Shown here: one piece after another, positions 38,925-45,059 of the stretch
Layout: each line of letters opens with the position of its first letter
How positions within the stretch are numbered: the stretch's first letter is position 1
Source of the DNA: a virus
Lineage: Duplodnaviria > Caudoviricetes
Direction: 5' to 3' (one strand)
Virus record (IMG/VR): IMGVR_UViG_3300042554_000410
Coordinates: 1-64,000 of that record
DNA length: 64,000 bases
Notes under the pieces: generated by a model
What the model was told of the DNA's origin: nothing
What the model saw: only the letters and a program-made list of their open reading frames with translations
Databases searched by the model: none
Program-made: the position numbers and the translations under genes

Positions 38925-39133
38925 AAATTTGGAGTGGGCTAACGACAACATTCTGGATGTTCCCGCTTGTCTTATCGGCGTATCCCCACTCAATACGCTG
39001 GAGTCAGTCTTTACTAACACGTAGCTACACGACTGACAGCGTTCTACGAATAGGCTTCACGGCGAAGATCGGTCACAGTATGCATCCTGCCGACTCGTTA
39101 CTTTAATCGCGCAAACTCTAACGAACCGTGAAT

Positions 39134-39209
39134 TGGCTGGATAGCTTGGATTCGAACCAAGGACATCCTCGTTAACAGCGAGGCGCTCTACCGCTGGAGC
39201 TACTATCCA
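39134..39209 (-). tRNA. tRNA-Asn(GTT)
   Basis: CCTCG-CT-GTT-AA-CGAGG, CCA. Confidence 0.95.
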
Positions 39210-39212
39210 ATA

Positions 39213-39340
39213 TTCTATACTTTCAGATATGCACCGACGGTTTCGAAGCCGTCCACCTTGAACGCCCCATACGGAGCGCGGCTGTGACCTACACATGAGC
39301 GGTAGCTACAACGCCCTGGTGCATATCTGAAAATATAGAA
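39213..39340 (-). ncRNA. long-stem ncRNA with T-arm-like hairpin
   Basis: 23-bp terminal stem; GACGGC-TTCGAAA-CCGTC adjacent to it. Confidence 0.65.
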
Positions 39341-39341
39341 C

Positions 39342-39501
39342 TCTCTTTTCGTCAGCGGTTGAAGTAGATGATGAGATTTTGCAACTCATACTGGATCTCC
39401 GATTCGTTCGTCAGAGGAACTACTAAGAATCACCGTTCTACTATTAAACTACATCTACTGATTCATCTTGGCCGAGACTATCAACCACTGACGAAAAGAG
39501 A
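39342..39501 (-). ncRNA. tRNA-like domain inside a ~21-bp carrier stem
   Basis: Acceptor-, D- and T-like arms at 39364-39458 within TCTCTTTTCGTCAGTGGTTGA/TCAACCGCTGACGAAAAGAGA. Confidence 0.7.
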
Positions 39502-39658
39502 ATTATGTGAGGCTACGCCGAATCGTAGTAATCTCACCGGTGTTTCGTCATTCGGTACGCTCAGTTTTAAAAAACTAAGAAAAAGGAACTTAACAATGTA
39601 AATCAGCGGTGCTGCTTATCCTGCAGCTAGGAAACTCTTTCAATCAACTTACAAACAC

Positions 39659-39727
39659 AATATAGCAGTTCAGAACCAGGAAGTCAACTTTTATTTTTGC
39701 ATAACTGCTATGTTCTGGACGCATAAC
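39659..39727 (-). promoter_or_regulatory. sigma70 promoter of tRNA operon with upstream ATGC-N7-GCAT-like box
   Basis: TTGACT-17-TATATT (39687-39659); box at 39699-39727. Confidence 0.7.
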
Positions 39728-39729
39728 TC

Positions 39730-39767
39730 AAAAAGAAGAACCCCGAAACTTTTGGCTTCGGGGTTCT
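39730..39767 (-). terminator. intrinsic terminator (putative attenuator)
   Basis: AGAACCCCGAAGC-CAAAA-GTTTCGGGGTTCT followed by TCTTTTT. Confidence 0.85.
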
Positions 39768-39792
39768 AAGAAACTAAGTCTATCCGTAAGAC

Positions 39793-39876
39793 TTAAAGCA
39801 TAGAACCCCTCGCGTCTGCCCATGCTGGGCGACCTTCAAATTGATTATTCGTAATTGGGCAATAATGCGATTTCAT
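39793..39876 (-). CDS. putative attenuator leader peptide MKSHYCPITNNQFEGRPAWADARGSML
   Basis: Lies between promoter and terminator; contains 19 different amino acids; 3' end carries the antiterminator strand. Confidence 0.7.
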   Translation of the reverse strand: MKSHYCPITNNQFEGRPAWADARGSML

Positions 39877-39901
39877 TTCCGTTCTTTCTAACTTTGTATT
39901 C

Positions 39902-39932
39902 TATTTATATCACAAGGAAGTCAATTTGTCAA
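39902..39932 (-). promoter_or_regulatory. overlapping sigma70 and T4-late promoter
   Basis: TTGACA-17-TATAAA, with the -10 extended to TATAAATA. Confidence 0.75.
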
Positions 39933-39933
39933 G

Positions 39934-40560
39934 TTATTCTCTAACTTTTCTAATTCTTTTTTCGTCGCCTAGATTTGCTCTTCCATCGTATGCCAAATCT
40001 GCGTTTGGACCATTTGCATCAACGTAGTGCAAAAATACTTGTGCTTGCCATCTGCCTGTATATTTTTCTCTCCAGTGCCAGAGATCCATTCCTCTGTAAA
40101 GAACAGCACCGCCCACTTCGATTATCTGTCTATGAACATCTGTGTGTTTATCAGTTTTAGAAAAAAAGAAAGGCCAGATAGATGACTTTTTATCGTGACC
40201 TAAAGTTATTGTGGCTGATATTTCGCAACTAGGGCGATCTTTGTGTATATTTAAAACTTCATTTTTATTGTAGAGTCTGGCATACGTATACGTTGGAAGT
40301 AGCGATATATTGATAAGAGATGATATCTTTGATCGATTTAGATCAAGAAACTTATCTAAAAGGGATTCTCCATATATACTACCTGAAAGAGTACACTGTT
40401 TATCTGGTTTTAATCTTCCTTCATTTTTCAAGGAAAGAAGATGATTCGTGAGCATTTCACACTCATACTTGTCCACAAGATTAGGAACATATGCCCAGCC
40501 ATGTTTTGCAAAATGCTGCTCTACATTTAGACAGGATTCTCTTTTATCTAAATTTTCCAT
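39934..40560 (-). CDS. 2OG-Fe(II) oxygenase-like protein
   Basis: PTYTYARLY, HKDRPSCEIS.T, HWRE, QVFLHYV. Confidence 0.82.
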   Translation of the reverse strand: MENLDKRESCLNVEQHFAKHGWAYVPNLVDKYECEMLTNHLLSLKNEGRLKPDKQCTLSGSIYGESLLDKFLDLNRSKISSLINISLLPTYTYARLYNKNEVLNIHKDRPSCEISATITLGHDKKSSIWPFFFSKTDKHTDVHRQIIEVGGAVLYRGMDLWHWREKYTGRWQAQVFLHYVDANGPNADLAYDGRANLGDEKRIRKVRE

Positions 40561-40617
40561 TTTACACTCTTTTATTTTTATTTATAATGGAGTGTATAAC
40601 TCTAACCTTAATTAAGA

Positions 40618-41265
40618 TCATTCTTTTGATAAGATTCTATCTGTTGCTTTTTTCCAGGCTTCTTCATTGTCTAAAATGTAAGCTATCGAAATTCTTTTCG
40701 ATTTTGTCTCTGCGGCATGCCAAAAAAGTTTGTTTTCGTCTTCTATGGAAGGAAAATAACCTACTTTTATATTCCAACCAGGATTATCTTGAATCGTTGT
40801 TATGGATTTTGTTTCTCTGTCCCAATATTTGAAATTGCCACTTCCGTCAACACTATACGTAAATAGTGCATTGTAACCGGGAGCATTTCCATTATGGTGC
40901 CATCCAATGTATCCATTTTCAGGATATATGATAGATAGAGAATTTTTTGTTGAACTTATAATCTTTCCAAGACTTAGTAATTTGGTTTCAATCATTACTA
41001 ATTCTCGTAGATTGAAATAGGCCATATCTTTTATTGAAATGCCCAAAACTGCGCGGGGATGACAAAATTGTAATACGTCAAGTTTATGTGCTTCAAATAG
41101 ATATTTGTCTGAACATGGATGATATGAAGTGATAAGACTATCTTCTAATCTTTTCATTTCCCAATCATCAACAAGTTTTGAAACATTATCACTCAAATAG
41201 TATCTTTCTATTTGAGACAATATACTTTTTATTTTTTCATTCTCTACATTGATGACTTTCATCAT
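40618..41265 (-). CDS. cupin/2OG-Fe(II)-like protein
   Basis: YP..GYIGWHHN...FWH...R. Confidence 0.7.
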   Translation of the reverse strand: MMKVINVENEKIKSILSQIERYYLSDNVSKLVDDWEMKRLEDSLITSYHPCSDKYLFEAHKLDVLQFCHPRAVLGISIKDMAYFNLRELVMIETKLLSLGKIISSTKNSLSIIYPENGYIGWHHNGNAPGYNALFTYSVDGSGNFKYWDRETKSITTIQDNPGWNIKVGYFPSIEDENKLFWHAAETKSKRISIAYILDNEEAWKKATDRILSKE

Positions 41266-41290
41266 GATAATTGTTATCCATATTATTTTT

Positions 41291-41372
41291 TGGTGCGAGT
41301 GGAGGGACTTGAACCCCCATGCTTTCGCGGTTGATTTTGAGTCAACTGTGTCTACCGTTTCACCACACTCGC
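41291..41372 (-). tRNA. tRNA-Leu(CAA)
   Basis: GTTGA-CT-CAA-AA-TCAAC, variable arm, CCA. Confidence 0.95.
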
Positions 41373-41464
41373 TGGTCGGCGTGCTTGGATTCGAACCAAG
41401 TCAAGAACACTCATCTAGTGCTAAAGGGATTATAAGGCCCTCCCGTGTACCAACACCCACGCCG
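41373..41464 (-). tRNA. tRNA with TAT anticodon (Ile-type) and long variable arm
   Basis: CGGCGTG/CACGCCG, loop CT-TAT-AA, V-arm AGCACT-AGATG-AGTGTT, CCA. Confidence 0.85.
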
Positions 41465-41665
41465 TTAAATCTTCTTGATACCGTTTACATAATTCTCTGC
41501 GGCATCTTCATGATACAGAAGATTATGTTCTTCATACGATTCAGTAGCAACGATTAAACCATTTTTACCAAACTCAACTTCAAACTTATCTTGAGACGCA
41601 TTATAATATACAATGGCCTTCAAGTCAAAGTCTTCTGAATGAAATACTGATACTTGGCTTCTCAT
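41465..41665 (-). CDS. hypothetical protein
   Basis: Y.EDAAENYV.G motif; GAGG SD. Confidence 0.65.
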   Translation of the reverse strand: MRSQVSVFHSEDFDLKAIVYYNASQDKFEVEFGKNGLIVATESYEEHNLLYHEDAAENYVNGIKKI

Positions 41666-41681
41666 GCTATCCTCTTTGTTT

Positions 41682-41757
41682 TGGTGCGCCCGCTCAGATT
41701 CGAACTGAGGATCGGACGGTTATGAGCCGTCAGCATTAACCGCTATGCTACAGGCGC
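41682..41757 (-). tRNA. tRNA-CAT (Ile2 or elongator Met)
   Basis: GACGG-CT-CAT-AA-CCGTC, CCA. Confidence 0.92.
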
Positions 41758-41761
41758 GAGT

Positions 41762-41837
41762 TGGTGCCCCTTGTCAGATTCGAACTGACCCTTGAAGGAT
41801 TTTAAGTCCTCTGCCTCTACCGCTGGGCTAAAGGGGC
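41762..41837 (-). tRNA. tRNA-Leu(TAA), short variable loop
   Basis: GAGGA-CT-TAA-AA-TCCTT, 5-nt variable region, CCA. Confidence 0.9.
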
Positions 41838-41843
41838 TTTATC

Positions 41844-42110
41844 TTAGTCCTTGCTTGACCCGTGAATGAAACCCTTGCGAGGATCACCCCAATATGTATC
41901 TGCGCGGACACGAACGAACCGTGCGCGAGTATCGGCCGTGTTCTCATTTGGAACAGACAACCAAGGATTCTTGCCAGCCAACCACGCCTTCTGCTTCATT
42001 GTCCACTTTACAATAGCAGACCGATCACGCTTGATGGCCTTAGAAATCTGTCGATTTGCTTCACGCTCACCCTTTGAGGTGTAAGTAGATTTAGTCTTTG
42101 GTGCGGACAT
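41844..42110 (-). CDS. basic hypothetical protein of T4-like phages
   Basis: YTSKGER...AW..GKNP.L..PN..T...F. Confidence 0.7.
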   Translation of the reverse strand: MSAPKTKSTYTSKGEREANRQISKAIKRDRSAIVKWTMKQKAWLAGKNPWLSVPNENTADTRARFVRVRADTYWGDPRKGFIHGSSKD

Positions 42111-42134
42111 TCACTTTCTCCATTATACTTTAAT

Positions 42135-42211
42135 TGGCGACTCCGGAGGGACTTGAACCCCCAGCATTCAGATTAGAAGTCTGACACTCTATCCAGTTGA
42201 GTTACGGAGCC
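42135..42211 (-). tRNA. tRNA-Arg(TCT)
   Basis: TCAGA-CT-TCT-AA-TCTGA, CCA. Confidence 0.95.
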
Positions 42212-42223
42212 ATTGAACTTTAT

Positions 42224-42412
42224 TTATGCTACCTGATCAACAGGAAAGCCTCTGATGTAACAGCCATCAAGAAAACGATGACCAGTCTTGTGTGCATCAT
42301 CGCTGTCCAGGAAAAACTGTTCCCAGATGCAATCATCTTCTTCAAAGCAATATAGCATGAAGCCGACGCGGTTGTCAACTACAGAAAAATCTACTTCATA
42401 TGACCTAACCAT
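42224..42412 (-). CDS. hypothetical protein
   Basis: ORF track; packed operon. Confidence 0.55.
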   Translation of the reverse strand: MVRSYEVDFSVVDNRVGFMLYCFEEDDCIWEQFFLDSDDAHKTGHRFLDGCYIRGFPVDQVA

Positions 42413-42635
42413 TGTCTATATCCTTCTTAATTTTGGGCATAACCATAGTTAGTGCTTGTGCAAGAGTGTAAGCCATTTCACGAGGAATGGATACAGATTC
42501 TCTGTTATCAGCAAAGTTATAAACAATGGTGATAGGATCATTCATAAAGTTATTACGAGTGTAAACTTCGATCCATTGTTTGGATCTACGATCACCGTAA
42601 AACTTATGTTTCGTTTCAATAGTATCATCAAACAT
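42405..42635 (-). CDS. hypothetical protein
   Basis: ORF track; packed operon. Confidence 0.55.
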   Translation of the reverse strand: MFDDTIETKHKFYGDRRSKQWIEVYTRNNFMNDPITIVYNFADNRESVSIPREMAYTLAQALTMVMPKIKKDIDNG

Positions 42636-42871
42636 TATGCTGCACCTTTGCGAAGCTTAACACCAGTAACTCGTTCCAATGCGATGATAGAAACGGGATA
42701 CTGAGGATTGCCAGTGTATAAACGAAAAGTATTTTTTGGATCGTATCGCTCACTTTTCACTACCCTTCCACTCTTGATGAGAATGTCATGCCGACAACCG
42801 TACTTATATTCAGTACGGACATGCAGCAGATCGCCAACGTTCGGTTTCCAATCATTTGTCATCATGGTCAA
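42635..42871 (-). CDS. hypothetical protein
   Basis: ORF track; packed operon. Confidence 0.55.
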   Translation of the reverse strand: MTMMTNDWKPNVGDLLHVRTEYKYGCRHDILIKSGRVVKSERYDPKNTFRLYTGNPQYPVSIIALERVTGVKLRKGAA

Positions 42872-43404
42872 ATCTTAGCAGTTGTCTTGAAGGATGTCAA
42901 CATCTTTTTTGTCAGACGTTTCCCACGAATATAAGGATATCCGTGCTTGAACTTAATCTTTTCCTGTTTCAGGACACAAGAATAGAGAAGATATAGCGAA
43001 CGGTCGCGACCATACGCTTCAATTTCCCAAGGCCAGTTCAGATAGTCCTCGAAAGAATTGGTAATCTTGTAGGTCTTGCCCTGCCACTTGGCTGTGATTA
43101 GTTCGTGCCGCAACTCGCCCTTTGCATATTGCTTCATATGGACAATCTCATGCGCGAGGCATTGCAGCATCTTGTATCGGGACAGCTTTGAATTGATACC
43201 GATTTCAAACATTCGCGGGCGCGGACTATCATCATAAGAAAAACAATGGCCCTGTGCATACTTGCCCTGCTTCTCAAAGCAGATGTCAACCTGAATATTT
43301 TCTAGCAGTCTCTTGCTCATGATATACTGAGCAAAGAAGATTGTGGCAAACTTGATTTCGGCCTTACACATGGCCGAAGTCTTACCGCGAATGTTGATTT
43401 TCAT
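42868..43404 (-). CDS. HExxH zinc metallopeptidase-like protein
   Basis: LAHEIVHMKQY...PWEIEAY. Confidence 0.8.
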   Translation of the reverse strand: MKINIRGKTSAMCKAEIKFATIFFAQYIMSKRLLENIQVDICFEKQGKYAQGHCFSYDDSPRPRMFEIGINSKLSRYKMLQCLAHEIVHMKQYAKGELRHELITAKWQGKTYKITNSFEDYLNWPWEIEAYGRDRSLYLLYSCVLKQEKIKFKHGYPYIRGKRLTKKMLTSFKTTAKI

Positions 43405-43405
43405 T

Positions 43406-43612
43406 CTATTCCTTTATATCGCTATATGACTTGTTCCGTGGCGCCTGTGTATGGTCGCCATTTGCAAACACAACCGTATCGCCTGGTGCAATCTCACGAA
43501 AAGCACGGAGATCCCAACCAGGATGAATGAAATCTGGCTGCCCGAACAAACGCACGGCAGTCAGATACCTCTCATCCTTGAAACCGACGAAATGCAGGCA
43601 GGTGTTAGTCAC
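43406..43612 (-). CDS. hypothetical protein
   Basis: HFVGF...A.R.FG.PDF.H..WD.RA. Confidence 0.65.
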   Translation of the reverse strand: MTNTCLHFVGFKDERYLTAVRLFGQPDFIHPGWDLRAFREIAPGDTVVFANGDHTQAPRNKSYSDIKE

Positions 43613-43917
43613 TCATTAACTCTCCGTTCATATACATCACATAGAAGCCCCAAGCCATCAGACCGAGACCGATTGCGCCCATTACCATCTGGAGTCCAAG
43701 TCCAGTCGTGGCCGAAGCGCCGAGAACCATACCGAGCAGAAATCTAAGCATTAGCGAATCTCCCTAAGACGCAACTTGACCCAAGTATTGATTTCTTCAA
43801 CTTGCAGGTCATATTCCCAGTCCGACATATCAGAGTGGAGGTATTCACTATCAAGCCGATACATCATACGCTCGGCCGCACGTTCAATCTGGTCTTCGGA
43901 CGAATATTGATTATACA

Positions 43918-44361
43918 TTAGAGCCAACCTTCCTGATAATGACAAGCCACATAGTCAATCTTTTCGGGCTGTTCAGCCAGCCAAGCGGCCCGTTCCGCTT
44001 CCTGCTCAAGGCGATATTCTTCTTCCTGGCGCTGCCACTCTTCCTCGCGCTTGATCTCATCTTCCATCATGCGACCGAGAAGATCAATCTCACGTTCCAG
44101 TTCCTCGTCGGACATGTCCTTGAGATTGATGTGGCGCGGACGACAACCCGTAACGTCCTTATACATTTCCCAGAACAAGGTCTCGTTTTCGTAACGCCTA
44201 AACTCAGCCACAGTTGTGACACCCATCTCGGCCCAGAAATCAAGTTCCTCGACATAGAGACCAGTCCAACGATTGTCCGGATCTTCGGCAATCCAAGCCA
44301 GCTTTTCAGCGTTAAGCTTTGCAAGATGTTCAACGAGGGTCATAGTGTTCTCCGTCATCAT
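43918..44361 (-). CDS. acidic hypothetical early protein
   Basis: YKDVTG.RPR motif; first gene after regulatory region. Confidence 0.7.
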   Translation of the reverse strand: MMTENTMTLVEHLAKLNAEKLAWIAEDPDNRWTGLYVEELDFWAEMGVTTVAEFRRYENETLFWEMYKDVTGCRPRHINLKDMSDEELEREIDLLGRMMEDEIKREEEWQRQEEEYRLEQEAERAAWLAEQPEKIDYVACHYQEGWL

Positions 44362-44399
44362 ACACTATAGATGGGGATGGCAAGTCGGTTTTTCAAGTG

Positions 44400-44480
44400 G
44401 TCAAAATGCATACCAGCTATGCATCCAGAGCATGGGCTAAGTGCTTGATTTGTCGTTCGGCTAAGTGATTGATTTTATTG
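44400..44480 (-). promoter_or_regulatory. ATGC-N7-GCAT box plus two IHF-consensus sites
   Basis: Box at 44408-44436; AATCAAgcacTTA at 44438-44450; AATCAAtcacTTA at 44462-44474. Confidence 0.6.
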
Positions 44481-44586
44481 AGGTCGGTCCAGACGCAGGA
44501 GGAGAGGGCTGGAGCGGGTAGATCCAGCCAGATATATCCATACTACCCGCTGGCCAGTCGCTTTTCCAGCCCATTCCTACCGAGTT

Positions 44587-44868
44587 TTAAGCAGAAATGA
44601 AGTCGGAGAAGTCGGCGTTGACATTCCGTGCGAATACAACTTCCCGTAGTACAAAAGTCGGAGTGAATCCGTCAAAGCCGCCGCCTGATTCCAGAAAATT
44701 AGCATAGTCTAATGCATCTTCCTCGAACTCAAAAGCCTTAATCAGTTGCTCGGTCTTGTTTTCCATAACGCACCAGATGTAATCAGAGTTGACTTCAAGT
44801 GGTAGAACGTAGTAGTTATCCATTCTTTTTCTCCAGATAGCAGGTGCAGGCTTCAAATTCAAATTCAC
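44587..44868 (-). CDS. hypothetical protein
   Basis: L..GGGFDGFTP.F motif seen downstream of gp41 in T4-like phages. Confidence 0.65.
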   Translation of the reverse strand: MNLNLKPAPAIWRKRMDNYYVLPLEVNSDYIWCVMENKTEQLIKAFEFEEDALDYANFLESGGGFDGFTPTFVLREVVFARNVNADFSDFISA

Positions 44869-45059
44869 AAGTTTCGTCTATCGGCATAAAGTCCCACTCA
44901 GGACAATAGTGTCGTTTTTCTCCAGTCAATATCTGACCATAAAATAACATACACTCTTTTGCCCATATAATCTCAAAGTCTTCGTCGGTCATCTCTTTGG
45001 GATCATCCGTGCTTACTTCTTTGAACTTCTGCCTTAGTTCTATCTTGTCGCTTGTCATG

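Noticed and set aside
37266-39340. HDV-like theta ribozymes after tRNA 3' ends
   Set aside because: I could not build the nested P1-P2-P3-P1.1 topology in any spacer by eye; a descriptor search would be needed to exclude it fully.
39520-39570. Hammerhead-like CTGAG...GAAAC on the minus strand
   Set aside because: The core deviates from CUGANGA, there is no NUH site and no stem I; kept only as a pseudoknot.
30817-39601. ORFs and N-terminal extensions crossing tRNAs (e.g. 31256-31540, 38366-38668, 39057-39296, starts at 30874, 34445, 35140, 35650, 37225)
   Set aside because: They run through tRNA or structured RNA genes; better starts exist downstream of the CCA ends.
29552-42211. Suppressor tRNAs or genetic-code reassignment
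   Set aside because: No CTA, TTA or TCA anticodons (TAG, TAA and TGA here are Leu/Leu/Ser anticodons); genes read intact in the standard code with all three stops used.
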